64,000 bases of DNA from the NCBI RefSeq assembly GCF_001194135.2, contig NC_069002.1, positions 23,382,741 to 23,446,740 on the forward strand. Reading direction: 5' to 3'. The DNA is from Octopus bimaculoides. Lineage: Eukaryota. The position numbers and the translations under genes were made by a program. The notes under the pieces were generated by a model. It was not told where the DNA came from. It made no database searches and saw only the letters and a list, made by a program, of their open reading frames with translations. Shown here one piece after another: positions 37,904-51,162 of the stretch (position 1 is the first letter of the stretch; each line of letters begins with the position of its first letter).

Positions 37904-38435
37904 AGTTCTTATGGCTTCTGATCTCAACCGATTGGGAGTGTTATCATGTACATTGTTTTGTCTTGATATAAAAGATGGGCTACAGAAAATATTCTACTCA
38001 ATACCACAGACTTGCTTGTCAGTTGTTTGACCTTAACCAGTTGAGCATGTCCCTTAGTGGCTGACAATATGTGCATCTCTGAGCAGAAATGGTGGGGCAG
38101 GAAACATCATAGCCATGTGATGAGAGAAATTCTTTGGGGTTTGAATAATTCACCACTGGAAACAGGAGTCTTTTGTTCATCATCTTTAAACGACCTTTAT
38201 TCAGGGACCTTTTGAGTAGGATGGGCTATTTGGTCTGAAGAAAATTCTAACTGGGCCCCACCTGGAAGATCATGCTATGTTAATCTTCATTTGAGATCAC
38301 CATGTTGTGCACATATAGTTGTGATGCATGTGCCTTGTGTACCCTTAGGGTAGTTAGGTAGTCATGACGGGTATATTGGGTTTCATATATTTTACCCCAG
38401 TGTCACTTTGATGGCATGTGTTGCTCTCTCACTCA
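37904..38435 (+). repeat. Unclassified interspersed repeat family G (also 9679-10130 and 18821-19182)
   Basis: Three homologous non-coding copies ending gtcactttgatggcatgc.ctgctctctcactca followed by (AAT)n. Confidence 0.85.
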
Positions 38436-38459
38436 ATAATAACAACAACTACAACAGTG

Positions 38460-38492
<33 letters not shown>

Positions 38493-39117
38493 TTAGTTGC
38501 AAATTTTGACACAAGGCCAGCAATTTTGGGGAAGGGGTTAATTCAATTATATCAATCCCAGTATGCAAATGGTACGCGTTTTGTCAACCCTGAAAGGATG
38601 AAAGACAAAATCAACCTCAGCAGGATTTGAACTCAGAATCTAAAGAATGACGAAATGTTGCTAAGCATTTTGCCCAGCATGCAATTGATTCTTCTAGTTC
38701 ACTGCCTAATAGTAAAAATATTAATAATAATATTAATAATGACAGTGATGATGATGATAACATCAACAATGCTGTTCTGTAAAATTGTTTCCTCACCTAC
38801 TTTTAATGGCTCCATTTTCAGAAGAGGAGGAGGAGGACTGAACTTTGGCCAGGACACCATTCCTCTTTCTGTTGCTGCTATTCTTGTAAAAAAAAAAAGA
38901 ATAATAATAAAAATAAATGCGTGACATTATAATTGCATAACATGGTAGCACCACAAGTCACTTGGTACATGGACAGCCATATATGTTGCTGTCGTACAAT
39001 GGATGGCACCATTTCTCTGTGTAAAAGATAGCATTATTGCTGTCACTGGCATTGTTGTTGTTGCTGCAGTTCATATTTTTATTTCATTCAGATACGCTTG
39101 AGAGTGATTTATTATTA

Positions 39118-39169
<52 letters not shown>

Positions 39170-39554
39170 CATTATTATTATTAATTATTCGCCTGAGAGG
39201 TGCTTATTTTATTACTCTTAGATAAGGTTAAACTCATAACCTATGTTCCTAAATAGGGTTAACTTCCTAACAATGATCTATTTAACCAAACTTAATGCTG
39301 CTATGAAACAGCGAATCTAATATTTTACTACCAAAGTCACTTCATCTGTTCCATTTCCCGCCAAACCATAATGCTTACGCAATTAAGATGACAATAGTGA
39401 ATGGATAATTGCAATCGCAATAGAATGTATACACGAGGTTTTCTAAAGGAGAGAGAATAGAAGAGTAAAAGAATTTACATGAGCTCAGCTATCAAACTGA
39501 ACTTACTGTGGCATGTAAACAATGCGTGTATTATTTACTTTTCAATTCTTTCAG

Positions 39555-39669
39555 CTATGATATTGACAAATCAGCAATAAGGAAAGACATTGGAACAAGA
39601 TTCTTGAATATAACAATATTAGGACTGCACACATTTGAAAGTTACTCTCTGGGAAAATGCCAGTTCAGT
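39555..39669 (+). CDS. Candidate isolated coding exon of an unknown host gene
   Basis: Strong acceptor ttacttttcaattctttcag, a 115-nt segment open in one frame (YDIDKSAIRKDIGTRFLNITILGLHTFESYSLGKCQFS) and donor gtaagc. No homology recognised. Confidence 0.25.
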
Positions 39670-40329
39670 GTAAGCAAATAAAGAAATGATTGTAGCCTCT
39701 ATTTACTAATAGTAATATTGATGATAACGATGATGATAATAATAATAATGATAATAATAATAATAATAATCATAATAATAATGATGATAATAAAAATAAT
39801 TACAACACAGAAAATAGTAAAATGTAAGGAAACCAAAAAACATAAAAAACTGTTTTTCTCAATAGAGAAAGAAATGGTAAATAAAAGAAAAATGAAAATA
39901 ATACCAAAAGAAAAGTCTGTTACGAAAATAGAATCGGTAGCTACATGCAAACTGGAAAATACAAGCAGATTAACAACATATGCCAGAAAGCATAAACATA
40001 GCAATAAAAGTCCATAAAAAAATAGGGGGAGATAAATTGATGAGTGAGGAAATAAAAGAGATAAATGAATTGAAAAGATGAAAAAAGAATGTGAAAAGTA
40101 AATAGCATCAAGATTCGGTTAACAAAATGAAAAATGAAGGAAGGAATCAAAGTTACAAGCAACAAGATTCCAGGAGGATAACAAATATAGCTTAACTGTT
40201 TTGTCACCAGATTTCTGATGATAAGGCTTGGCGTTTAATTTGGAAAAATAATCAATAATTCAAAGGGATTTACTAAAATGGCTTTTTGTTTTATTCTTCA
40301 ATGTGAAGTTAGTAGGATGTTTCTTTTTG

Positions 40330-40830
40330 CTTTCTATTGCTTAATTAGGAGGGAGAGAGTGTACTGGGTAGGAGAGGAGGGCATGGTTCATTTTAAGGAT
40401 TTGCAAAACTGGAGGTTGGGAGCTGGGGAGGAAAGGATGTAAAGAGAGAGAGAGAGAGGGTAATAGGATAGGAGAAGGTGGGGGTGTCATGGTCCTTTTT
40501 TTTAAGGATTTGCAAAACTGGAGAGGAAAGGATGTAGAGAGGGGGAAAAGGATTGTGGTCCTGTTTTTAGGGTCTCCAAGTCTGCTGGGAGAGAAGAAAC
40601 TCCTGGAAGGATGTGAGGGGAAAAAGGGAATAAGATGGGGGCCATGATGCTTTGTAGGGACTTCAAGACTTGTGGTGAGGAGGGGGGCTAGGAAAGGAAG
40701 AATGTCAGGAAAAAGGGAAGGAGAGGGGTCATGTTTTAAATTTTAGGGCTTCTAAAACTAGAGGGAGGTTGGTAGAGAGGGAGACAGTAGGGAGGGTACA
40801 AGAAGAGAAGGGGAGATCTGCCCTGAATGT
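40330..40830. repeat. Purine-rich degenerate direct repeats
   Basis: About five units containing catggt..ttttaagga/ggg.tt.caaaactggag..ggaaggatgt; the first two share ttttaaggatttgcaaaactggag exactly. Confidence 0.6.
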
Positions 40831-41074
40831 TTGCATTAAAGTGAACTTGGCTGAAGGTACCTAAGGGTCAGATGGAAGGAGGGGAATGTTAAACAAAGTG
40901 ATTAATCATGTCTATCACTCAGGTAGGCCAAGGTGAGATTTGAACTTGGAGCACAAGGAGCCATAATAAATACTGTTACATATTCTGTCGGATGCTCTTA
41001 TGACTCTCATCAATTTCCAACCAAGTGGAATATGAAACAGGAAGAAGTTCTTAAAGAAAGTTACGGTGGCAGAT

Positions 41075-41298
41075 TTTATTTTAAACTAGTTCTCTTTATC
41101 CCAGATCTTCTACCTGTTTCACGTTCAAACTGGTCAGAACCAGCTACTGACAACTACCCTGGAATGTCATTCTAAAAGTAAACTATCGAAATAATCACAT
41201 CATTGAATTCTCAAAGCCATGAAATAATGCAGGATTAATTCTAAACAATGTGAATAAATAAGCATAACATTTGACAGAATAGTCTAAATGCTAAAGGG
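41075..41298. mobile_element. piggyBac-like MITE, one end degenerate
   Basis: The right end reads aatgctaaaggg|ttaa; the left end is decayed. Confidence 0.45.
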
Positions 41299-41437
41299 TT
41301 AAATATAAACACTTTAAAATAGTTTGTTTAAGGAAGTGGTGGCGGATTGTGAAAGAGTTAATGGGTGAATAGAAAACCAGTCTATATTTATTTCCGCAAC
41401 AGTGTTTTACCAGTGCACACACCAACACATCAACGCA

Positions 41438-41539
<102 letters not shown>

Positions 41540-42509
41540 TGCATGCACTGTCAGTGCTATATTCATAAACAGTTTAGCGATTGTGTATGGAGTTTGTGGT
41601 GAGACAATTCTTTTGCAAACCTCAGCTCACTGTGGGACATCTTGCTACATCGAACATCATTAATAATTGTCTTAAGTTTGCTTTTTACTTGGTTGCTGAG
41701 CAAAAGTATTTTATGAGTCGTGGGAGACATTTGTGATGCAGGAATCGTTTCGTTGGCTGAGAAATATTTCTACATGGTTCCTTATTGTAAAATCAGCATG
41801 AATTCTGTTGCGAAATGATTGATATGTTTCTTGTGTTCTTCAGCCTGAGGCCAATGCTGGTTTATCAGACTCATGATCAAAAGTTTTCTGTTGTCTGATA
41901 TCAACTTTGTTTTAAGATAGAAAGGGCGTGACTGGGGGGATTTGGTAGCTGTTTCTAGCTAATTGCATGACCACTTTGTGGTACCTCATTGTTGAATGCC
42001 CCATGAGAACCTATTGTTAATGTAACAGTTGGAATATTCATTTACAAAGGTTTATTAATTAGTATTGATATCGGTATTAATTAAAGAGTCTTTTATCTTT
42101 TACTTGTTTCGGTTATTAGACTGTGACCATGCTGGGGCACCACCTGAGGAATTTTAGTCAAATTGCTTATTATCTTTTTAAGCTTAGTGCTTATTCTGTT
42201 GGTCTCTTTTGCCAAACTACTAAGTTATGGGAGTATAAACACACCAGCATCAGTTGTCAAGCAGTGGTGGGGAACAGACAGACAGACACATACATATATA
42301 TTTGCATGATGGACTTCTTTCAGTTTCTATCTACTACATCCACTCACAAGGCTTTGGCCAGCCCAGAAGATGCTTGCCCAAGTGCCACACAGTGGGACTG
42401 AACTCAAAACCATGTGTTTGGGAAGCATGCTTTTTATCATACAAACATGCCTACACTTATTCTGTAAATGAAAATATCATTTACTATTTAAATAGATATT
42501 TGTGTGTAT

Positions 42510-42601
<92 letters not shown>

Positions 42602-42899
42602 TATGCATACGTATATCATACAAATAGAATGGTTCTGAAGAAGCTAAAACACGTTGCACAAGCACTCAGCTCTGAATGGAGTACTTCTTATTGCAGAAAC
42701 AACTGTTAGCTAATGAAGTTGCTAATGCAATTCCTGTTTCCTTGTCATTCCATAATCAAAATTATGCTCTGTATTCATGAAACACTTTATTCTAAAGCAT
42801 ATATGTATTAAGTTCTGACAACTGGTTACTAGTATCACTAAATCGTAAAATATATGTATCTGTAGGTATATTCTGTCAGTATATAACTATCATTGAAGT

Positions 42900-43156
42900 T
42901 AAATGAAATCTATTTTTATGAACTAGGAACTAAGGTTTCTTCCAAAAACTCACATATTCAGCTGTTAGGAAATTGTTTTGTATTTGTGTATGTGTGTGTG
43001 TGTGAGAGGGCAGGAGAGAGAGAAAGATATGCTTAGGTTGTTCACATATGTATTTAAAGCTGTGTATATGTATGCACGTGTATGAGAGAATGTTAGTGTG
43101 TTCATTCGTGTGTGTGCATTTGTTTGTACATGTTTATATATATATATGTGTATGTG

Positions 43157-43206
<50 letters not shown>

Positions 43207-43779
43207 TATGTATATATATATGTACATATATAAATAAAAGTGTGTGTGTATACATATGTATGGATTTATATAGTACACGTTTCAGTCTGTTTTTGTATGT
43301 ATGTATATGTATTCATGTATATATGGACATCTATGTGTGCATGTATGTATAAATGTGTTTATACATATATGATGTGTGTGTATATAGTATGTACAAGAGT
43401 TCAATACAATCTATGTCTGATGGCTATCTCTGTCTGCATGGTTCTCTGTCTCTCAGTCTGTACCTGTCTGTCTGTCTCTCTGTTTCTTGAATTGGTGCAG
43501 ATGGATGCACGGAACAGCAGGTGTGTGCAGGTTAAGACGAAGCATAAAGTTTGCCCATATAAACTGATGCTGCCTCTGGTCGTCTTATTTACACGGACTG
43601 GTCATGTACAGAAATGCTGAATATGGACTTCATATAATAACATCTAATAATACATAGCAAATTATACTGCTAATCTGTGTGCACACTTGCTATAAACACT
43701 CGCTGAAACATGCTACATACATAGATCAGCTTTTAATGACTGCCGGCGATAATTACACAAGCAAATATTATATATACAC

Positions 43780-43820
<41 letters not shown>

Positions 43821-44914
43821 GTAGTATATTGCCACTTAAGTGTGGCTGACCCCTAGGGGTGGATGTTACTGTTGCTTTTAGCCCCAGGAGGACATCTCCT
43901 CCAGCTGGCTTATCGACACACGACTGTGTCCTGTTTGCCAAGGGAGTTATCCCTCTCACCTCGACCAGCAGCNNNNNNNNNNNNNNNNNNNNNNNNNNNN
44001 NNNNNNNNNNNNNNNNNNNNNNNNNNNNNNNNNNNNNNNNNNNNNNNNNNNNNNNNNNNNNNNNNNNNNNNNNNNNNNNNNNNNNNNNNNNNNNNNNNNN
44101 NNNNNNNNNNNNNNNNNNNNNNNNNNNNNNNNNNNNNNNNNNNNNNNNNNNNNNNNNNNNNNNNNNNNNNNNNNNNNNNNNNNNNNNNNNNNNNNNNNNN
44201 NNNNNNNNNNNNNNNNNNNNNNNNNNNNNNNNNNNNNNNNNNNNNNNNNNNNNNNNNNNNNNNNNNNNNNNNNNNNNNNNNNNNNNNNNNNNNNNNNNNN
44301 NNNNNNNNNNNNNNNNNNNNNNNNNNNNNNNNNNNNNNNNNNNNNNNNNNNNNNNNNNNNNNNNNNNNNNNNNNNNNNNNNNNNNNNNNNNNNNNNNNNN
44401 NNNNNNNNNNNNNNNNNNNNNNNNNNNNNNNNNNNNNNNNNNNNNNNNNNNNNNNNNNNNNNNNNNNNNNNNNNNNNNNNNNNNNNNNNNNNNNNNNNNN
44501 NNNNNNNNNNNNNNNNNNNNNNNNNNNNNNNNNNNNNNNNNNNNNNNNNNNNNNNNNNNNNNNNNNNNNNNNNNNNNNNNNNNNNNNNNNNNNNNNNNNN
44601 NNNNNNNNNNNNNNNNNNNNNNNNNNNNNNNNNNNNNNNNNNNNNNNNNNNNNNNNNNNNNNNNNNNNNNNNNNNNNNNNNNNNNNNNNNNNNNNNNNNN
44701 NNNNNNNNNNNNNNNNNNNNNNNNNNNNNNNNNNNNNNNNNNNNNNNNNNNNNNNNNNNNNNNNNNNNNNNNTATATATATGTATATTTATATATGTATA
44801 TATATATGTGTGTGTATATATATGTATATATGTGTGTGTGTGTGTATATATAAATATATATGTGTGTGTGTGTATGTGTATATATATATGTGTATATATA
44901 TATGTGTGTATGTA

Positions 44915-44962
<48 letters not shown>

Positions 44963-45204
44963 AGTGTGTGCATATATATGTGTATATATACACACACACA
45001 CACACACACATATACACATAGGAATGTGTGTATATCTATGTATTATGTATGTATCCATGTGTATGTATATGTATGCGTATATATGTAGGTATGTATATAT
45101 ATATGTATGCACATATGTGTATGCATGTGTATATGCATATGTGTATGTATGTATATGTGTATGAACATATATATGTATATATATATATGTGTGTGCATAT
45201 ATAT

Positions 45205-45255
<51 letters not shown>

Positions 45256-46431
45256 NNNNNNNNNNNNNNNNNNNNNNNNNNNNNNNNNNNNNNNNNNNNN
45301 NNNNNNNNNNNNNNNNNNNNNNNNNNNNNNNNNNNNNNNNNNNNNNNNNNNNNNNNNNNNNNNNNNNNNNNNNNNNNNNNNNNNNNNNNNNNNNNNNNNN
45401 NNNNNNNNNNNNNNNNNNNNNNNNNNNNNNNNNNNNNNNNNNNNNNNNNNNNNNNNNNNNNNNNNNNNNNNNNNNNNNNNNNNNNNNNNNNNNNNNNNNN
45501 NNNNNNNNNNNNNNNNNNNNNNNNNNNNNNNNNNNNNNNNNNNNNNNNNNNNNNNNNNNNNNNNNNNNNNNNNNNNNNNNNNNNNNNNNNNNNNNNNNNN
45601 NNNNNNNNNNNNNNNNNNNNNNNNNNNNNNNNNNNNNNNNNNNNNNNNNNNNNNNNNNNNNNNNNNNNNNNNNNNNNNNNNNNNNNNNNNNNNNNNNNNN
45701 NNNNNNNNNNNNNNNNNNNNNNNNNNNNNNNNNNNNNNNNNNNNNNNNNNNNNNNNNNNNNNNNNNNNNNNNNNNNNNNNNNNNNNNNNNNNNNNNNNNN
45801 NNNNNNNNNNNNNNNNNNNNNNNNNNNNNNNNNNNNNNNNNNNNNNNNNNNNNNNNNNNNNNNNNNNNNNNNNNNNNNNNNNNNNNNNNNNNNNNNNNNN
45901 NNNNNNNNNNNNNNNNNNNNNNNNNNNNNNNNNNNNNNNNNNNNNNNNNNNNNNNNNNNNNNNNNNNNNNNNNNNNNNNNNNNNNNNNNNNNNNNNNNNN
46001 NNNNNNNNNNNNNNNNNNNNNNNNNNNNNNNNNNNNNNNNNNNNNNNNNNNNNNNNNNNNNNNNNNNNNNNNNNNNNNNNNNNNNNNNNNNNNNNNNNNN
46101 NNNNNNNNNNNNNNNNNNNNNNNNNNNNNNNNNNNNNNNNNNNNNNNNNNNNNNGTCACATTCATCAGAAATACAATAATTATGCAACAGAAAGCATGTA
46201 ACCGCATGTGTATATGTGAAAAAGATGTGAGTGTGTGTTTTTGTATGTGTGTATAAATGTTTGTGTACACACGCGCGCACACGCGCGTGTGTGTGTGTGT
46301 GTGTAAGTTCTACTTTGATAATTTAAATTTAAAATAGGAAATAGAAAAAAGATTTTTCTGAGATAATTTACTCCATAAATATATGCAAAAATGTACATAG
46401 AATTTATATTGGAACATAAACTCACTAATGG

Positions 46432-46467
<36 letters not shown>

Positions 46468-46776
46468 GAACACATGCACACACATACATTCATACATATG
46501 TACACACACACACTAACAAACAGTACAAAGTTCTGTTGAAATATATACGAACGTATATATACGTCCATATAGAGACACATACATGCACGCATACATATAG
46601 ATTAACATGTATAGACACCCATATGGGTACACACTTGCACACACACACATACAAGCACATATTTGCACACAGCTACACAGCATATACATTTATACACACA
46701 AAAAGCACACTAACTCTAATGGAACATAAGTGTAAACATATATGGCCTTATATACACATAAACACACACACACACA

Positions 46777-46814
<38 letters not shown>

Positions 46815-46924
46815 TACACAGACATGCACAAATGCGCACATACACATTTATACACATACAATGAAATACACAAATGGCACGCAAATTATATTCAAACATA
46901 ATCACAAATTCAAGTCGTCTTATA

Positions 46925-46956
<32 letters not shown>

Positions 46957-46960
46957 NNNN
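42900..46960. repeat. Dense (TA)n/(CA)n/(TG)n microsatellite field with gaps (similar fields at 19620-20285, 29030-30262, 56300-57970, 59845-60000)
   Basis: Dinucleotide low-complexity sequence flanking N-runs. Confidence 0.92.
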
Positions 46961-47826
46961 NNNNNNNNNNNNNNNNNNNNNNNNNNNNNNNNNNNNNNNN
47001 NNNNNNNNNNNNNNNNNNNNNNNNNNNNNNNNNNNNNNNNNNNNNNNNNNNNNNNNNNNNNNNNNNNNNNNNNNNNNNNNNNNNNNNNNNNNNNNNNNNN
47101 NNNNNNNNNNNNNNNNNNNNNNNNNNNNNNNNNNNNNNNNNNNNNNNNNNNNNNNNNNNNNNNNNNNNNNNNNNNNNNNNNNNNNNNNNNNNNNNNNNNN
47201 NNNNNNNNNNNNNNNNNNNNNNNNNNNNNNNNNNNNNNNNNNNNNNNNNNNNNNNNNNNNNNNNNNNNNNNNNNNNNNNNNNNNNNNNNNNNNNNNNNNN
47301 NNNNNNNNNNNNNNNNNNNNNNNNNNNNNNNNNNNNNNNNNNNNNNNNNNNNNNNNNNNNNNNNNNNNNNNNNNNNNNNNNNNNNNNNNNNNNNNNNNNN
47401 NNNNNNNNNNNNNNNNNNNNNNNNNNNNNNNNNNNNNNNNNNNNNNNNNNNNNNNNNNNNNNNNNNNNNNNNNNNNNNNNNNNNNNNNNNNNNNNNNNNN
47501 NNNNNNNNNNNNNNNNNNNNNNNNNNNNNNNNNNNNNNNNNNNNNNNNNNNNNNNNNNNNNNNNNNNNNNNNNNNNNNNNNNNNNNNNNNNNNNNNNNNN
47601 NNNNNNNNNNNNNNNNNNNNNNNNNNNNNNNNNNNNNNNNNNNNNNNNNNNNNNNNNNNNNNNNNNNNNNNNNNNNNNNNNNNNNNNNNNNNNNNNNNNN
47701 NNNNNNNNNNNNNNNNNNNNNNNNNNNNNNNNNNNNNNNNNNNNNNNNNNNNNNNNNNNNNNNNNNNNNNNNNNNNNNNNNNNNNNNNNNNNNNNNNNNN
47801 NNNNNNNNNNNNNNNNNNNNNNNNNN

Positions 47827-48335
47827 TGGTGAATGCTGCCATAATCCTTGCCTTCAGTTCATTTTTGGTGTCACAAAGAGTTTTGTTGGTCTCTTGCTCA
47901 ACTGCACTCGACACATAATAATGAAGGGGGTTGCACTGTGGGGAGTTAGGTAGCTAGATGTTAGGGTGATGTGGTTGCAGAAATTGTCTGACAGCCTGAC
48001 TGGGTCCTCCTGCTTGTGTGACATGGTGCAGAGTCCTGTTGTCAGATGTAGGGTGTTCCAGCAGCCACTGTCTTGACTCAGGGCAGCACTGCCTCCTCCA
48101 GGTACTTGATGTAGGCCTCTGTGTTGAGTGTGAGGCTGTGTGGGAAAATGAATGGAGGTATAATGATTTTCATTATTAGTGATCACTCCAAACACTATGA
48201 TGTTGACTGGATGTTTGATTTTTATCTCTCTCTCTCGGTACATGTCCTCAGATTGCCACCCAGACACTCTGAAATGTTTGTATTGGAGATTCCAGCACGA
48301 ATGCCAAGCAGTACAGCATGTTGTTATGCATTGTA
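47827..48335 (-). mobile_element. Decayed Tc1/mariner-superfamily maT (DD37D-type) transposase, internally deleted
   Basis: N-terminal HAVLLGIRAGISNTNISECLG is fused to KHPVNIIVFGVI...QQDSAPCHTS...PNSPQCNPLHYYV..AVEQETNK..TKNELKARIMAAF. It has stops and frameshifts, and the third catalytic D reads H. Confidence 0.8.
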
Positions 48336-48374
48336 TGTATATGTGTATAGAGGGATCAATATATATATATATGT

Positions 48375-48735
48375 ATCATCATCATCATCATCATCGTTTA
48401 ATGTCTGCTTTCCATGCTAGCATGGGTTGGACGATTTGACTGAGGACTGGTGAAACCGGATGGCAACACCAGGCTCCAGTCTGATTTGGCAGAGTTTCTA
48501 CAGCTGGATGCCCTTCCTAATGCCAACCACTCAGAGAGTGTAGTGGGTGCTTTTACGTGTCACCCGCACGAAAACGGCCACGCTCGAAATGGTGTCTTTT
48601 ATGTGCCAGCCGCACAAGCCAGTCCAGGGGCACTGGCAATGATCTCGCTCGAAAATCCTACAGGAGCCAGTCAGGCGGTACTGGCAACGGCCACACTCAA
48701 AATGGTGCATCTCATGTGCCACCCGCACAAGAACC
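48375..48735 (-). mobile_element. RTE 3' UTR/tail copy running into a gap
   Basis: Near-identical to 59228-59460, with the (GAT)n tail at 48375-48395. Confidence 0.85.
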
Positions 48736-49524
48736 NNNNNNNNNNNNNNNNNNNNNNNNNNNNNNNNNNNNNNNNNNNNNNNNNNNNNNNNNNNNNNNNN
48801 NNNNNNNNNNNNNNNNNNNNNNNNNNNNNNNNNNNNNNNNNNNNNNNNNNNNNNNNNNNNNNNNNNNNNNNNNNNNNNNNNNNNNNNNNNNNNNNNNNNN
48901 NNNNNNNNNNNNNNNNNNNNNNNNNNNNNNNNNNNNNNNNNNNNNNNNNNNNNNNNNNNNNNNNNNNNNNNNNNNNNNNNNNNNNNNNNNNNNNNNNNNN
49001 NNNNNNNNNNNNNNNNNNNNNNNNNNNNNNNNNNNNNNNNNNNNNNNNNNNNNNNNNNNNNNNNNNNNNNNNNNNNNNNNNNNNNNNNNNNNNNNNNNNN
49101 NNNNNNNNNNNNNNNNNNNNNNNNNNNNNNNNNNNNNNNNNNNNNNNNNNNNNNNNNNNNNNNNNNNNNNNNNNNNNNNNNNNNNNNNNNNNNNNNNNNN
49201 NNNNNNNNNNNNNNNNNNNNNNNNNNNNNNNNNNNNNNNNNNNNNNNNNNNNNNNNNNNNNNNNNNNNNNNNNNNNNNNNNNNNNNNNNNNNNNNNNNNN
49301 NNNNNNNNNNNNNNNNNNNNNNNNNNNNNNNNNNNNNNNNNNNNNNNNNNNNNNNNNNNNNNNNNNNNNNNNNNNNNNNNNNNNNNNNNNNNNNNNNNNN
49401 NNNNNNNNNNNNNNNNNNNNNNNNNNNNNNNNNNNNNNNNNNNNNNNNNNNNNNNNNNNNNNNNNNNNNNNNNNNNNNNNNNNNNNNNNNNNNNNNNNNN
49501 NNNNNNNNNNNNNNNNNNNNNNNN

Positions 49525-49560
<36 letters not shown>

Positions 49561-49847
49561 ATGTATGTATGTATATGAATGTATATATGTATTCTGTAAA
49601 GGCAATAAGCATCAGAAAGGATAATGGGATAATGGAGATAGACCCAAGTTTGACAATTATCGTATTAGTTTAACTTTGGGACATTAGTTCTTCATTATAA
49701 TAAAAGAGAGAAGTATGAATAATGAGAAAGAAGGGTGAGAGAGAAGTAGGGAGAGGGGGAGATAGCATAGGAAAGGAAGTACAAAACAAGCAGTGAGAGG
49801 ACAAAGGTGGAAGGTGAAGGGTTAGAAACTGAAATGGAATCCTTTGT

Positions 49848-49889
<42 letters not shown>

Positions 49890-51135
49890 CACATGCATAT
49901 ATGTGTGTGTGTGTGTGTGTGTAACAATGTAACACCAATCAAGTTCTCCTTTGAAATCACATTTTATCTTCATCTTAAAAGAAAGAACTCATTGGAAAAT
50001 GTGTTCCTTGATGCAGTGTGTCCAAGAAAAATAAACAAATAACTGAAGGGTTAGTCATGGCGGGAATGCCTTTGATTATAAGATTGCTCAATTAGGATTG
50101 ACCTGAAGCTGTGCAACAACATCCTCAACAACAGCAACAACAATGCATCCCTGTTGTTGTTTTATTTTTAATTTTCTAATTTCTGTCCATTCATTAAAGC
50201 AGTTAAAAAAGTTAATTACACACGTAAACCCTCAGGTACAAACAAATACAATACACTAGTCTTTAAAATATATACAAAAAAAAAAAATAAACAAAAAGTA
50301 AAAAGTAATCAGTGATTAAACAAACTTAGGAAGGAACTTCATTAAAATGATAATTATGTGTTTTTTTTTTTTTTAGTGACCTAGAAATAAGGTTTGGATG
50401 GAGGTTGGTTGAAAGACAAAGAAATGCATGGAAGATGAGCTGTTGGCTTCATGTCTGAGCAATATGTTAGAGGAATGAATAAGGGAAGGGGTGACACACC
50501 TATGTCATTATCTTTTACTCTCGTTTCAGTCATTTGACTGTGGCCATGCTGGAGCAACACCTTGAAGGATTTCGGTCGAGCAAATCAAACCCAGGGCTTA
50601 TTATTTTTTAAAGCCTAGTACTTATTCTATCAGACTTCTTTGCTGAACCACTAAGCCACAGGGATGTAAACTCACCATCACCAATTGTCAAGTAGTGATA
50701 GTGGTGGTGGTGGGGTGGGACAAACATAGACACAAAAACATGTGCACAAAGATATACACATATATGTATACATATAGACATATTTGAAGAGGTTCTCTCA
50801 GTTTTTGTCTACCAAATCAACTCCCAAGGATTTGGTCAGTCCAAAGCTATAGTAGAAGACACATACCCAAGGAGCCACACAGTGGGACTGAACCTGCAAC
50901 TATATAGCTGGAAAGCAAGCTTCTTACTACACAGTCATGCTTGTGCCTCTAAAGATAGAATAGATCTTAGTGGAATTTGAACTCAGAACACTCTGCCTTA
51001 TGAGTGGATTTGTTTGATAGAAACTGAAAGAAGCCTATCATATGTATATGTAGCGTATGGTATAATTATAAACAGGGCAAAGTTTTTAGCCATTTCTCCA
51101 CAGACTGAAAAAAATGATGAACAAGCTTAATTGAT

Positions 51136-51162
51136 TTTCGAACCTTATTGGGTTCTCATCAG
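51136..51162 (-). ncRNA. Hammerhead catalytic-core remnant
   Basis: Minus strand CTGATGA-GAACC-caataa-GGTTC-GAAA gives the core plus a perfect 5-bp stem II closed by G-C. Stems I and III are degenerate. Confidence 0.45.

Noticed and set aside
42625-42670. Hammerhead-like ctgaaga-agct-aaaa-cacgtt
   Set aside because: G12 is absent, there is no real stem II and stem I pairs poorly; at best a very decayed remnant.
48438-48470. ctgagga-ctggt-gaaa in the RTE tail (also near 59295)
   Set aside because: Five nucleotides cannot form stem II, and no stem I or III is present.
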